Below the pieces are notes generated by a model. The model was given only the letters and a program-made list of their open reading frames with translations. It did no database searches and was not told the DNA's origin. From Patescibacteria group bacterium (GTDB taxonomy: Bacteria > Patescibacteriota > Minisyncoccia > Phycocordibacterales > UBA918), in contig JBCCYW010000004.1 of assembly GCA_039188945.1 (NCBI GenBank), positions 2,313-66,312 on the forward strand: a DNA stretch of 64,000 nucleotides. The letters are read 5' to 3'. Each line of letters starts with the position of its first letter. Position 1 is the stretch's first letter. The position numbers and the translations under genes are program-made. This document shows positions 1-10,531 of the stretch, piece after piece.

Positions 1-197
1 GGCACTTCGTGCTTGGCGAATATACCATCAGTCGACAGCATTGCCACAAGCATAAATGGGAAACCGCAAACAAACAGTATGATCCCAATTGCATACTGTA
101 ACAAAACCATATTTTCGAAAGGGATAATGAACGGTGTCATCCCCAATACCATAAGCGTAATTCCAATCCAGATGCACCAGAATACAGACAGTTTCAT
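1..197 (-). CDS. Hypothetical membrane protein, partial (runs off window start)
   Basis: Own translation MKLSVFWCIWIGITLMVLGMTPFIIPFENMVLLQYAIGIILFVCGFPFMLVAMLST...; GGGAG SD-like upstream; two hydrophobic stretches. Confidence 0.55.
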   Translation of the reverse strand, partial: MKLSVFWCIWIGITLMVLGMTPFIIPFENMVLLQYAIGIILFVCGFPFMLVAMLSTDGIFAKHEV

Positions 198-425
198 TGG
201 TTTCTCCCAAGCTGAAGTTACATTTTATCTAAATAAATTATAACACATTATTAATATAAAGCAAATTTAATCAGTGACACCCACACTCACCTCCTGTAAC
301 ATCAGAATACTCGATTTAACATATTCCCTCTCTCTATACAGTTCTGCACCACAAGAGTATTTCCATTTTCACAGTCGCTGCCACTCCTTGAAAATTAGGT
401 CAAAGTCAGGTTTCTTGCTCGAGCA

Positions 426-1364
426 TTACAACGAACACGCACCGTTTGTAACAGAAATGTCCCAATGAGTAGCTTCACGCACATATTCATTGCCACAACT
501 ATCAACATATCGTGGACCACCATGCGATCCTTCTCGAGTCCCAGATCTTGTCAGAGTAGTCTGGAGATAGTTATCAAGCGCCGGATTGTCGTCAAGATCA
601 ATCTTATATCCATTTGCATGACTAAAGTCTCCTCCAGCATGCCCACCTTCGGTCGCTCCAGTCACCACAATATTGCAGGTTGGGCAGGCGTTTCTAATAT
701 TTAGCGTTTGATTTACCGTATCTTCATTGATGCCACCCAAGGTCGTGCAACGATCGATTCCTGTGCAGTCAGTTCGAACTCCTGATGGGCCTTGGGTACT
801 GGTTACAACAATTCCAGCATTTTGCAGCTGACTCAGAGCTTCATCATGCTGTAGCTGCCCTTCACTCACCTCACCTGGCACAAAATCAGTCGGAGCTTCA
901 GTGGGGTCATCAAGAAAACTTTGCTCATCAACACCAGCTCCCACGAAGAACTGCACAGAGACTGTTTGTGTTTGGCACTGCACCTGTTGCCATGGTCCAT
1001 AGCCCGTAATTGTCCCTTGGTCACCAGGCAACAAGACTCGGAACAAAGTGTCGACCACAAGCCAAGCTGCCAAGACGATAATGAGGCCGATGATGGCGCT
1101 TGCAAAACGATCTTTGGCATATTCGCGCGCACTCACATCTCCAGCAGATATAACTAACTTAATACCAGCCACTGCCATCACAACTGCCACAAGCAGGAAT
1201 AAAATACCGATCAACCACGAAACAAACACATTCCCCATCGAAACCAAATTACAGAAGCTACAATTTGTTCCTTCGCAGGTGAGAAAATTTTGCGCCGTAA
1301 CCGACTCTGGGAGCGCTAGTCCAATGAAGAGAATCGTGATTGTGACAATAAGTGAAAATTTCAT
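426..1364 (-). CDS. T4SS/TrbC-VirB2-like (CPR) pilin fused to C-terminal M15/LAS-type Zn peptidase-like domain
   Basis: Signal peptide, CxxC, two TM pilin helices (G-KLVISAG...A-IIGLIIVLAAWLVVDT); C-terminal SHANGYKID (H-x6-D) and distal HWD. Confidence 0.7.
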   Translation of the reverse strand: MKFSLIVTITILFIGLALPESVTAQNFLTCEGTNCSFCNLVSMGNVFVSWLIGILFLLVAVVMAVAGIKLVISAGDVSAREYAKDRFASAIIGLIIVLAAWLVVDTLFRVLLPGDQGTITGYGPWQQVQCQTQTVSVQFFVGAGVDEQSFLDDPTEAPTDFVPGEVSEGQLQHDEALSQLQNAGIVVTSTQGPSGVRTDCTGIDRCTTLGGINEDTVNQTLNIRNACPTCNIVVTGATEGGHAGGDFSHANGYKIDLDDNPALDNYLQTTLTRSGTREGSHGGPRYVDSCGNEYVREATHWDISVTNGACSL

Positions 1365-1365
1365 A

Positions 1366-1902
1366 CTATAAATCAATACTACCAGGACAAAAACTAAGCC
1401 CTAATTCTTTTGCTCCGAAGGTCTCGCTTACCCTTAAACTTGTAGCGACTCGAATGGTGAGCTGACATGCATCTGTCTCAGAAATACCTAGTTTTTCTAG
1501 CAGCTCTGCTTCAGCAGCTATCCTGGCTTGTTTAAGTGGTGGTGATTCAAGAGAGATAAGAAAACTCTCGTCAGGTGCGTGAAACAAGATTTCGTAGCCA
1601 GCTTCATTTAAGCTATTATCAGCAAATTTATAATTCTCTCCATCAAAAGTTACTGTTTCATGGAGTTTTTGTATGTTGTTAACGGTAACTGATCTACCCT
1701 GAGTACCTGACACTGAGATTCGATTTAATCCAGTTGTTACAGGAGGTGTCAAATTTGCCGACACCCCAAAGTCTTCACCAACCGGATCGTTATTAATAAA
1801 CTCATCGCTCTGCTCAGAGTCTCTGACTGACTCAACAGCCAAGAATATAATTCCGACGGCGAGTGCACTGATTATAATAATTGTTGCAAAGACTGTTTTC
1901 AT
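1366..1902 (-). CDS. Membrane-anchored hypothetical protein
   Basis: N-terminal TM helix, C-terminal Cys pair; tightly packed between the two pilin fusions. Confidence 0.75.
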   Translation of the reverse strand: MKTVFATIIIISALAVGIIFLAVESVRDSEQSDEFINNDPVGEDFGVSANLTPPVTTGLNRISVSGTQGRSVTVNNIQKLHETVTFDGENYKFADNSLNEAGYEILFHAPDESFLISLESPPLKQARIAAEAELLEKLGISETDACQLTIRVATSLRVSETFGAKELGLSFCPGSIDL

Positions 1903-1911
1903 AATTGAAAA

Positions 1912-2829
1912 TTATGTTGCTAACCCACACACTCTCGCCGCAGACCAATCTGCCCATGGATTTGAAGGCTGACGGTTCGCTCTTCCATCATAAATTCTGC
2001 GAGCATTTGCTAAGTTACAACTCGGGGTTTTGGCAGCAGCAGCACACTGTTGGTAGAGACTCTGATTAACAATTGTTGCATTGTAGTTTCTGCCAGAAAA
2101 CGCTTCTGGGCAATTAAGAGTCCCTCCACCAGGACCACAGCCTCGAAGTTCATGAACGGAAATATTAATTTGAAATAATCCGAACGAAAAGGCTTCCCCG
2201 GTTGAAATACGGTCGGTTAAACTTTCGCTCTGTACGTTACCAGCACTCTCACCATTGCAAACCTGAGAAGCTTGTGACGCAAGTGTAGCGTCACCGAAAG
2301 TTGATTGTAAGCTATTTGCTGAACAAGGACCGCTCGAAATGACACTACAGCTACCATTTCCAGTTGGAGCACCAGAGCTTGATGGATCAATAGAAACACC
2401 TCCCCCGACAGTATTGAACGCTCTTGATTGCGGTTGGTCGACACACTGAATTTGATTCCAAGGGCCAAAACCACCAGTATTAAACAACAGTCGAACGACA
2501 GTATCTACAATCAGCCAACCAGCTAGCAATATGATTAAGCCGATAATTGCATTAGAGAGCATCTGTCGAGCTTTTTTATACTCAGTCACATTTCCACCAG
2601 ACATCACTAAGCGAAAGCCCGAGACAACAATAACAATTCCTGCTATTACTGAAACTATCGCGACAAAAAAGTTAACAATATTATTAACGAGCTGTACAAG
2701 GCGACAACTTTGACACTCATCGCCTGGCACGCCACTACACGGCACTAAGCCAGCTTGCGCAAATAGCTCGGCATTGGGTATAAGTAAAAAAGTAAAAACA
2801 ATAAGGCCGCCGATCAAAAGGCTTTTCAT
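1912..2829 (-). CDS. CPR pilin fused to C-terminal lysozyme-like/lytic transglycosylase domain
   Basis: Pilin N-domain paralogous to 426..1364; C-domain with CNGESAG (putative catalytic Glu), SFGLFQIN, N...A.RIY and PW..W motifs. Confidence 0.75.
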   Translation of the reverse strand: MKSLLIGGLIVFTFLLIPNAELFAQAGLVPCSGVPGDECQSCRLVQLVNNIVNFFVAIVSVIAGIVIVVSGFRLVMSGGNVTEYKKARQMLSNAIIGLIILLAGWLIVDTVVRLLFNTGGFGPWNQIQCVDQPQSRAFNTVGGGVSIDPSSSGAPTGNGSCSVISSGPCSANSLQSTFGDATLASQASQVCNGESAGNVQSESLTDRISTGEAFSFGLFQINISVHELRGCGPGGGTLNCPEAFSGRNYNATIVNQSLYQQCAAAAKTPSCNLANARRIYDGRANRQPSNPWADWSAARVCGLAT

Positions 2830-2933
2830 TACCCTTCATTGTACTATGGTGCCGAGTTGCCAAGCTAGTTTACTGTGATAATCTAGTGGCCACGTTGGGC
2901 CGCGCCTGCGGCGCGGCCCACAGAACTTGAAGA

Positions 2934-3113
2934 TGCGTCGGTGGCAGAGTGGATAAGAAATGAACTGCTTCATTTCTTATCTGGTCTTCGAACGACAGTG
3001 AGAAGATTGACCGTTGTGAGCAAAGCGAGCCGGTCAAAGGAGGACAATGTAATTAATCACGGAGCTACCGTGCAAGATTTAGTTGTCTTCCGAATGAGTA
3101 CAATTAAATTTTT
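2934..3113 (+). mobile_element. Miniature insert with duplicated tRNA-Tyr 5' end and CTGC-loop hairpin
   Basis: TGCGTCGGTGGCAGAGTGG at 2934-2952 = 3113-3131; hairpin GATAAGAAATGAA-CTGC-TTCATTTCTTATC 2952-2981. Confidence 0.6.
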
Positions 3114-3196
3114 GCGTCGGTGGCAGAGTGGTCAATTGCAACGGACTGTAAATCCGTCGGATTTATCCTACGCTGGTTCGAATCCAGCCCGGCGCA
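3114..3196 (+). tRNA. tRNA-Tyr(GTA)
   Basis: Cloverleaf, anticodon arm ACGGA-CTGTAAA-TCCGT, long variable arm, GGTTCGAATCC. Confidence 0.97.
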
Positions 3197-3198
3197 CT

Positions 3199-3301
3199 AT
3201 GAAAATAAATATCAGCATCTTGCTGGTATTTATTTTTATCTTAGTGAGCCCTGGATTCGAGGTTTATGCCCGGGAGCGGTAGCGTACGGGTAAATCCAGC
3301 C
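3199..3301 (+). repeat. Hairpin plus inverted and direct remnants of tRNA-Tyr 3' end
   Basis: Hairpin 3199-3239; GTGAGCCCTGGATTCGA resembles the reverse complement of the T-arm/acceptor; AATCCAGCC 3293-3301 = 3181-3189. Confidence 0.5.
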
Positions 3302-3418
3302 TTATTTTACTTAGTAATACTTGACATAACATAAACTTCATGATAACATATGGTTGGCATTGCATTTCACTTACCAGATTGGCTGGTAACGTGGTAATGC
3401 ACCAGAAGGAGATTTGCC

Positions 3419-3865
3419 ATGACCACAATATCCCTGACCGGCGATCGTGACCTGCAAATCAGTGAGCTCAAGACGTTTCCAGAAAACAGGTGGCGGGAAG
3501 CAATCCTTCACTACCTGTTCGGGATATGGGCTGATAAAGAGAGCGTGACGTATCGTCCGAAGATCCACTTCGGCACGATGTGTCTGCGTCTCAATCAGGC
3601 CAGTCGTGAATACTTCGCCTACGGCTCCTCGCCGAATTGGGAAGTTCATCAGTCCTTTAGGGGAGAAGAGATTCTCATCACCGAGGGTTGCGGTCAAGAT
3701 GAAGTCGAGGGGGCGCTGATTAGGTTCGTGAAGAACGACCGCATCAGAATCCTTGCGATCACGCTTGGCAACGACCAGTTCCTGCGGCTCTGGAAGACAG
3801 ACAAGCGTAGTGAATATGGTTGTCACGGTGATGTCCCTTCCACGATGGAAGAGATGTCCTCGTAA
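3419..3865 (+). CDS. Hypothetical protein
   Basis: TTGACA promoter ~3321, AGGAG SD, downstream terminator-like hairpin ~3921-3950. Confidence 0.7.
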   Translation: MTTISLTGDRDLQISELKTFPENRWREAILHYLFGIWADKESVTYRPKIHFGTMCLRLNQASREYFAYGSSPNWEVHQSFRGEEILITEGCGQDEVEGALIRFVKNDRIRILAITLGNDQFLRLWKTDKRSEYGCHGDVPSTMEEMSS

Positions 3866-4087
3866 GAGCCGCAACGGGCGACAGGTTTCAGAACAGCTAC
3901 CTTTGAATGCTGTTCATTCGGCCGCCACACCAGGAGGATGTGGTGGCTTTCACTTTTATGCAAACACCTCTTCTCTTCTAACAAAACTAGGTAAGAAACA
4001 GTACTCACTTTCTATAATTACAGTTCTAACCTTGAGCATCTCAGTGCACCACACAACAAACTTGCATTTGATTGAGGGTGTGGCAAG

Positions 4088-4471
4088 GTGAGGAGAGATA
4101 GAGAGGAGGAGGCTACATTGTCACTTGTTATTGGGCTGGCCAACTTCTTGGCATTGAGAGTTGGTATCGTACTTGTAATTTTTGGCTTATTCCCGGCACT
4201 AAAAAACCGCCTGCTCTCTTTTGTTCCAAACCTAGTGCGCTTAAGTAGGGTCGTTATTGGAACAGGATTTATTGCAGTAGCGATCAGTATTATATGGCTC
4301 GGTAAAGAAGGCTGGGAGGAAACGGTCGAACACCACATTATCTGCTTTGCCTTAACACAAGATCCGGAAATAGTACGAGATATCTTGTCAGTACTTCCAA
4401 CCGAGACCAGGGACCCAACAGAGCAAGTCGATAGTAGGCCGAGTACGGTGAAAAAGAGACTATGTGAATAG
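4088..4471 (+). CDS. Hypothetical membrane protein
   Basis: ORF with two hydrophobic segments; start uncertain. Confidence 0.45.
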   Translation: MRRDREEEATLSLVIGLANFLALRVGIVLVIFGLFPALKNRLLSFVPNLVRLSRVVIGTGFIAVAISIIWLGKEGWEETVEHHIICFALTQDPEIVRDILSVLPTETRDPTEQVDSRPSTVKKRLCE

Positions 4472-4508
4472 CAACCGGCCGCCCCTTGATGTGGGCGGCC
4501 GTTGATCG

Positions 4509-7217
4509 TTATACCTCTACCGAATCTTTGGTTTTCTTAGCGCTCGGTTTTTTAGTGGAGACGGTTTTTCGAGCTCTCTTCTTGATGTCGAACACCAGCT
4601 CATCATTCCCCTTTTTCATACTAACCTTCACGGTACCACCTTCAAGCATTCCCTCTCCTACCATCATGTTTGCTACTGGAGTGAGAATTTTACTCTGAAT
4701 GACGCGCTTGAGTGGTCGTGCACCCATCTTCGGGTCATAGCCTTCGCGAGCCAAGTAGTCCATTACATCTTTCGTCACCGTGAGCATAATTTCCTTATTC
4801 GCCAGGCGACGCTGTACTTCCCCTACCTGCATTTCAACAATACTGCGAATCGTTGAGGTACCGAGAATATCGAAGATAATTGTCTCATCGAGTCGGTTCA
4901 AGAATTCTGGTCGGAAAAAGCCTTTAAGCGTTTCCATTACCTTATCCTTCGCTTGGCCGTATTGCGCTTCTTCGCCATGGTCATGAGTAAAGCCAAAGTT
5001 CGACATTCGGTCGATATGCTCTGCTCCGATGTTTGAAGTCATAATAATGACGGTGTTTTTGAAGTTGACCTTCCGCCCCTTAGCGTCGGTAAGGTGACCA
5101 GAATCAAGGACCTGCAAGAGAATGTTAAACACTTCAGGATGCGCCTTCTCGATCTCATCAAGCAAGATCACTGAATACGGGCGATGGCGTACCTTCTCAG
5201 TAAAGCCACCACCCTCTTCATGACCAACGTACCCAGGCGGCGAACCAATCAATTTAGAAACTGAGTGCTTCTCCATAAACTCAGACATATCAATACGCAC
5301 CAACGCTTCAGTATCGTCAAACATGAATTCAGCCAGCGCTCGAGACAACTCAGTCTTTCCTACTCCGGTCGGACCAAGGAATAAGAACGAGCCGATCGGT
5401 CGATTCGGGTCAGCAATACCAGCGCGTGAGCGCTTGATAGCATCTGACACCAGCTTTACCGCATTATCTTGACCAACCACCTTCTCTTTTAGCTCTTCTT
5501 CCATACGCGCCAACTTGTTGGCCTCCGCCTCAAGCATGCGAGCTACCGGTACTCCAGTCCAGCGAGATACCACTGAGGCAATATCTTCTTCAGTAATTTC
5601 TTCTTTCAAGAGACGGCGGCTGCGCTGCAGTTTCTTGAGACGCTTCATCTTATCTGCAAGCTCTTTCTCCACGGCCGGGATCGTATCGTAGCGAATTTCA
5701 GCCGCACGAGTGAGGTCGGCAATTGCTTCAGCATTTTCAGCCTCAACCCGCAGCTCTTCGAGTTCTTTCTTAAGCGTACTCATTTCAGTGAGAGCCTCTT
5801 TTTCATTATTCCATTTCGTCTCCAAGGCTGAGGTCTTCTCACGCAATTCACCGACTTCCTTATCAATTTCCTTCAAGCGCGCTTTGAGCTTTCGTTTATT
5901 TTCGGATGTCTCCTCCTCTTTCTTCAAAGCTTCCTTTTCAATTTCCAAACGGCGAACCTGTCGATCAGCTACCACCAATTCCTCTGGCTTATTCTCGAGT
6001 GAGATTCGCAGCGCCGAAGCAGCTTCATCAATCAGGTCGACCGCCTTATCAGGCAAAAATCGATCGGTGATGTAGCGACTAGAGAGATTTACCGCTGAGA
6101 CTATGGCGTCGTCGGTAATGCGCACTCCGTGAAAGAGTTCATACTTCTCCGCAATACCACGCAAGATCGCGATCGCGTCTTCAGTGGATGGTTCATTAAC
6201 AAAGACTGGCTGGAAACGACGCGTCAGAGCTGGGTCGCGCTCGATGTGCTTCTGGTATTCCTTGAGTGTTGTAGCGCCAATCACGCGCATCTCACCCCGA
6301 GCGAGCGCCGGCTTGAGCATATTGCTGGCATCCATCGAGCCTTCGGCTTGGCCGGCGCCAACAATGGTATGTAATTCATCGATAAAGAGAATGACGCTAC
6401 CAGCTGAAGTTTCAACTTCTTTCATCACCGCCTTGAGGCGCTCTTCAAATTCGCCACGGAACTTGGTTCCAGCCACGAGGAGTCCGAGGTCGAGGGAGAG
6501 GATTTCTTTTTCTTTGACTGATTCTGGTACCTGAGAAAGAGCAATCTGTTGTGCGAGTCCTTCAGCAATCGCTGTCTTACCTACCCCAGCTTCGCCAATG
6601 AGAACTGGGTTGTTCTTCGTGCGACGCGAGAGAATTTGGATGACACGCTGCACTTCAACATCACGCCCAATTACTGGGTCGAGTTTATTCTCTTGCGCCA
6701 GTTTAGTGAGATTACGAGTGTACTTAGCGAGCGCCCGAAATTTCTTTGGTGCTTCTGCATCAGTGACATTATTCTCACGCAGCTCTTTGATGGTCTCAAT
6801 CACTCGACCCTTTTCAATTGAGACACGTTGCAAGACCTCAATCGCCGGACCGGGGAATTCAAGTGCTGCGATAAAAAGGTGTTCGACTCCTACATATGAG
6901 TCACCAAACTGCTCTGCCACCTGTCCTGAATGTTCTAGGGCTTTCGCGAGCTCAGGTGTGAGGTACAGCTGGTATGACTGTGAGATTGAGGAGCCCATGT
7001 CAGGACTTTCCAGCGCTTCAAGGAGTAGGTCGGTCAAGGCAATAACGTCGATATCGAGTCGGTCGAGCACCGAAATAACCGCACTCTCATCCTGCATGGT
7101 AAGAGCGGTCAAGAGATGAACCGGGCTGACGTGATTCTGGCCACGCTCAATCGCTAGTTCATGGGCTTTTCTAATGGCTTCTTTAGCTTTCGAGGTAAAG
7201 TTGTGAAAATTTGGCAT
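4509..7217 (-). CDS. clpB: ATP-dependent chaperone ClpB
   Basis: Clp N-domain, two AAA+ modules ([16 protein letters not shown]), long coiled-coil M domain. Confidence 0.95.
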   Translation of the reverse strand: MPNFHNFTSKAKEAIRKAHELAIERGQNHVSPVHLLTALTMQDESAVISVLDRLDIDVIALTDLLLEALESPDMGSSISQSYQLYLTPELAKALEHSGQVAEQFGDSYVGVEHLFIAALEFPGPAIEVLQRVSIEKGRVIETIKELRENNVTDAEAPKKFRALAKYTRNLTKLAQENKLDPVIGRDVEVQRVIQILSRRTKNNPVLIGEAGVGKTAIAEGLAQQIALSQVPESVKEKEILSLDLGLLVAGTKFRGEFEERLKAVMKEVETSAGSVILFIDELHTIVGAGQAEGSMDASNMLKPALARGEMRVIGATTLKEYQKHIERDPALTRRFQPVFVNEPSTEDAIAILRGIAEKYELFHGVRITDDAIVSAVNLSSRYITDRFLPDKAVDLIDEAASALRISLENKPEELVVADRQVRRLEIEKEALKKEEETSENKRKLKARLKEIDKEVGELREKTSALETKWNNEKEALTEMSTLKKELEELRVEAENAEAIADLTRAAEIRYDTIPAVEKELADKMKRLKKLQRSRRLLKEEITEEDIASVVSRWTGVPVARMLEAEANKLARMEEELKEKVVGQDNAVKLVSDAIKRSRAGIADPNRPIGSFLFLGPTGVGKTELSRALAEFMFDDTEALVRIDMSEFMEKHSVSKLIGSPPGYVGHEEGGGFTEKVRHRPYSVILLDEIEKAHPEVFNILLQVLDSGHLTDAKGRKVNFKNTVIIMTSNIGAEHIDRMSNFGFTHDHGEEAQYGQAKDKVMETLKGFFRPEFLNRLDETIIFDILGTSTIRSIVEMQVGEVQRRLANKEIMLTVTKDVMDYLAREGYDPKMGARPLKRVIQSKILTPVANMMVGEGMLEGGTVKVSMKKGNDELVFDIKKRARKTVSTKKPSAKKTKDSVEV

Positions 7218-7329
7218 AACGTTCTTAACTTCAGCTTACAAATTCAGTGAGGCGGTCGTTACAGTCGATGACGGTCGTACTAGTAGTACGGTTACAGTAA
7301 CCTTATATTACAACGTATTTTTAGGAGAG

Positions 7330-8538
7330 TCAAATACTGGTTGCCTTAGTTACGTGCTCCTTCAGCGTCTTCACCACGTAATCAATATCGGACTTCGAAA
7401 GTTCGGAACCGAGAGTGAAGCGGATGGTGGAGGTGGCGCGGGCGGCATCACCCGTAATGGTTTTTACTACTACGCTCTCACCGCCGCCCGCGCCACTACA
7501 CGCCGACTTTGTGCTCGCCGCAACCCCCTTACTATCAAGCACCACCACCGCGTACTCAGTGTCTAAACCAGGAATCGAAATATTTACATTATTTGCGACT
7601 CTATCCAGCCCAACCGGACCATTAAGCACCACTTCAGGAATTGCTTGCTGTAGCTCTGAAATAAAATAATCGCGCAGCTCTTTTGTTTCGCTCGCTCGCA
7701 TCTCATAATTTCCTTGTGCCAGTGAAAACGCTTCGACCCCTCCTACAATCAACGCAGTATTCTCGGTACCAGCTCGTACTCCGGTTTCTTGGCCGCCACC
7801 AAGAATCACCCCTTTGACCGACACACCGCGACGCAGCGCCAGCACGCCCATACCTTTTGGCCCAAAACACTTACCCGCATCGAGCGTCATCATATCTACC
7901 CCGAGCTGATCCATATCACACGAGAGCCATAGTGGAGCTTGTGCAGCATCGGCATGCAACAAGATATTCATATCTTGTTCCTGATTATATTTCTTAATCG
8001 CGCGAGCAATTCGTCGCACCGGCTGAACCACACCAACCTCACTATTTACGTACGCTAGCGATACCAGTACCACCTTCTCGTCAAGCAATTCCGATAGATG
8101 CTTTTCATCCACCTTTCCGGCTTCATCAACATTCACCCACGCCACCGTCACTCCCTGGTCCTCCAAATGCTTCAAAACTTCAATCACCGATGGATGCTCG
8201 AGCTTGGTTGAGATAATGGTGAGATCGCTAAACGACTTACCCTCTTCTTCTAGTAAATGTCGCACGTAGCCATAAATAGCTGTGTTATTAGCTTCAGTAC
8301 CACTACCGGTGAAGTAGACTCCTTCTGGACGAATATGCAGCAATCGGGCGAGTTTTTCTCGTGCTTCAGAAATTGCCACTTTAGCTTGCCTACCCTCAGC
8401 GTGAATCGCGCTCGGATTGCCAAACTGCTCTGCAAAGTACGGTTGCATAGCCTCGAGCACGCCTTTTCGCACCGGCGTAGCCGCCGCCATATCGAGGTAG
8501 AGTCGTTTTTTCTTCGGAACAAGAAACTTTCTAAACAT
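7330..8538 (-). CDS. iscS: Cysteine desulfurase (IscS/NifS family)
   Basis: YLDMAAATP, GNPSAIH, HADAAQ, GKCFGPKG, SACS; start set at MFRKF. Confidence 0.9.
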   Translation of the reverse strand: MFRKFLVPKKKRLYLDMAAATPVRKGVLEAMQPYFAEQFGNPSAIHAEGRQAKVAISEAREKLARLLHIRPEGVYFTGSGTEANNTAIYGYVRHLLEEEGKSFSDLTIISTKLEHPSVIEVLKHLEDQGVTVAWVNVDEAGKVDEKHLSELLDEKVVLVSLAYVNSEVGVVQPVRRIARAIKKYNQEQDMNILLHADAAQAPLWLSCDMDQLGVDMMTLDAGKCFGPKGMGVLALRRGVSVKGVILGGGQETGVRAGTENTALIVGGVEAFSLAQGNYEMRASETKELRDYFISELQQAIPEVVLNGPVGLDRVANNVNISIPGLDTEYAVVVLDSKGVAASTKSACSGAGGGESVVVKTITGDAARATSTIRFTLGSELSKSDIDYVVKTLKEHVTKATSI

Positions 8539-8646
8539 AGTAAAACTATCGTCGCATACCGTGCCAAATAAGCAAATATCTGCTATACTCGGCCCCGATT
8601 GCATCTACCGCCCGTATTGGTGCGGTTTATTGCTCTACAACCCTCT

Positions 8647-10152
8647 ATGGCGAAAAAAGGTAAGGCAACAACAGAAAACATCATCAAGCGACCACCGGTC
8701 GTGGTAGTTATGGGTCATATTGACCACGGTAAATCGACCCTCTTGGATTTCATTCGTAAAAGTAACGTGGTTGATGGTGAGGCTGGTGGCATTACTCAGC
8801 ACCTCTCAGCCTACGTGGTTCCTCATAAGACCAAAGAAGGCGCTGAGGAAACCATCACCTTCCTCGATACTCCCGGTCACGAAGCGTTCCAGAAAATGCG
8901 GCTTCGTGGCGCCGATGTAGCAGACGTAGCAATTTTAGTGGTGTCAGCTGAAGACGGTGTAAAGCCGCAGACCTTGGAGGCGCTTAAATCGATCCAAAAA
9001 GCAGAAATTCCGTTTATCGTTGCTATCAACAAAATTGATAAGCCAGGAGCAGATATCAACAAAACCCAGGCCAGCTTGATCGAGAACGAAATTTACATCG
9101 AAGGTATGGGTGGTGATATCCCATGGGCGCCAATTTCAGCCAAGACCGGTGAGGGGATCCCCGAACTCCTCGACTTAGTTATTCTAGCAGCCGACCTCGC
9201 TGAGCTTTCCGGGGACACCAACGCTCCAGCTGAAGGACAAGTGATTGAAGGTCACCTCGATAGTAAGCGCGGCAATACCGCTACTCTCATTGTGAAAAAC
9301 GGAACACTCAAAGGTGGTTTCTTTGTGGTTGCTGGTGCCAGTTTTGCGCCAGTTCGTATTATGGAAGACTTCAATGGCAAGCCGCTCAAGGAAGCCGGTC
9401 TTTCTACCCCAGCTGGTATTGTCGGTTTCAACGAAGTGCCAGAGGCTGGCCAGAGCTTTACAGTGGTGAAAAATAAGAAAGAAGCTGAAGCAGCGGTAGC
9501 CGCTTTCAATGAAGAAAGTGATACGGTGCGTAACTTTGCTGAGAGCAATCTGCCAATCGTACCAATTTTAATCAAAACTGATGTTTTGGGAACACTCGAT
9601 GCGATTCAGCACGAACTCGATAAATTTGAATCAGACCGAATTGCTATCCGCGTCATTGATAAAAGAGTCGGTGATGTTACTGCTACCGATGTTCAAAACG
9701 TCAGTGCCACTGAAAACGCCATTATCGTTGGGTTTAATGTAAAAGTAGAGCGAGCCGCTACCGACCTCGCTGAACGCTTGGGAGTAGAAATTGACACGTT
9801 CGACATCATTTACGAACTCGCCGAGTGGCTCAACACTGCCCTCAAGAATCGCACCCCAAAGATGGAAGAAGAGAAAGTAACCGGTAAAGCAAAGATCCTC
9901 AAACACTTTAGTACGCAAAAGTATACGCACGTTATGGGTGGTCGCGTTGAGGAAGGTGAACTAAAACTGGGACAGAACGTCCGCGTGATGCGTCGAGATA
10001 TTTTGGTTGGAAAAGGTGTGGTGAAAAACCTCCAGCAGATGAAGTCTGATGTTGACGTCGTAAAAGATGATGAGTTCGGTATGCAAATTGAATCACGCGA
10101 CGATATTGCACCCGGAGATATTATCGAAGCCTACGACATTGTTGTCACCTAA
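8647..10152 (+). CDS. infB: Translation initiation factor IF-2 (short form lacking N-terminal domain)
   Basis: RPPVVVVMGHIDHGKSTLLD, GGITQH, DTPGHEAF, NKID. Confidence 0.97.
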   Translation: MAKKGKATTENIIKRPPVVVVMGHIDHGKSTLLDFIRKSNVVDGEAGGITQHLSAYVVPHKTKEGAEETITFLDTPGHEAFQKMRLRGADVADVAILVVSAEDGVKPQTLEALKSIQKAEIPFIVAINKIDKPGADINKTQASLIENEIYIEGMGGDIPWAPISAKTGEGIPELLDLVILAADLAELSGDTNAPAEGQVIEGHLDSKRGNTATLIVKNGTLKGGFFVVAGASFAPVRIMEDFNGKPLKEAGLSTPAGIVGFNEVPEAGQSFTVVKNKKEAEAAVAAFNEESDTVRNFAESNLPIVPILIKTDVLGTLDAIQHELDKFESDRIAIRVIDKRVGDVTATDVQNVSATENAIIVGFNVKVERAATDLAERLGVEIDTFDIIYELAEWLNTALKNRTPKMEEEKVTGKAKILKHFSTQKYTHVMGGRVEEGELKLGQNVRVMRRDILVGKGVVKNLQQMKSDVDVVKDDEFGMQIESRDDIAPGDIIEAYDIVVT

Positions 10153-10153
10153 C

Positions 10154-10501
10154 ATGAACGATCGACACGACCGCGTTGCGAACCTTATCAAAGAGCTCTC
10201 CGCTCAGTTTATTCAACACGAAGCCAACACCGACCCGCTGATTACCGTGACCAAAGCCACTACCTCGCCCGACTATCGTAAGGTGACGATCTTTGTTACC
10301 ACCATCCCTGACGATCGAGAGGAGGACGCAATTATTTTTTTAAAACGCAGCGCCACTGAGCTGAGACGATTCCTCAAACAAAAAAGCAACCTGAAGATTA
10401 TCCCCCACCTCGAATTCTCGATCGACTACGGTGAGCGTCACCGCCAACACACTGACGAAGTATTTCGAGAAATCGATGATGAAAAGAAAACTGACTCCTA
10501 G
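10154..10501 (+). CDS. rbfA: Ribosome-binding factor A
   Basis: Follows infB; R..RVA.LIKE, SPD, IPHLEF.ID motifs. Confidence 0.9.
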   Translation: MNDRHDRVANLIKELSAQFIQHEANTDPLITVTKATTSPDYRKVTIFVTTIPDDREEDAIIFLKRSATELRRFLKQKSNLKIIPHLEFSIDYGERHRQHTDEVFREIDDEKKTDS

Positions 10502-10519
10502 GAGTCAGTTTTCTTTTCA
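10480..10519. terminator. Perfect palindrome/bidirectional terminator over rbfA stop
   Basis: TGAAAAGAAAACTGACTCC-TA-GGAGTCAGTTTTCTTTTCA. Confidence 0.7.
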
Positions 10520-10531
10520 CCGAATACACTA

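Noticed and set aside
3318-3350. dif-like site (ACTTGACATAA...)
   Set aside because: Only one arm resembles dif; it is better explained as the -35 of the 3419 promoter.
4780-7119. Long antisense ORFs within clpB (likewise in gyrA, ftsZ, glmS and the TPR gene)
   Set aside because: They are shadow ORFs from codon bias with no recognisable motifs.
7230-7310. Palindromes upstream of clpB as CIRCE/CtsR operators
   Set aside because: They match neither TTAGCACTC-N9-GAGTGCTAA nor the CtsR heptad repeats.
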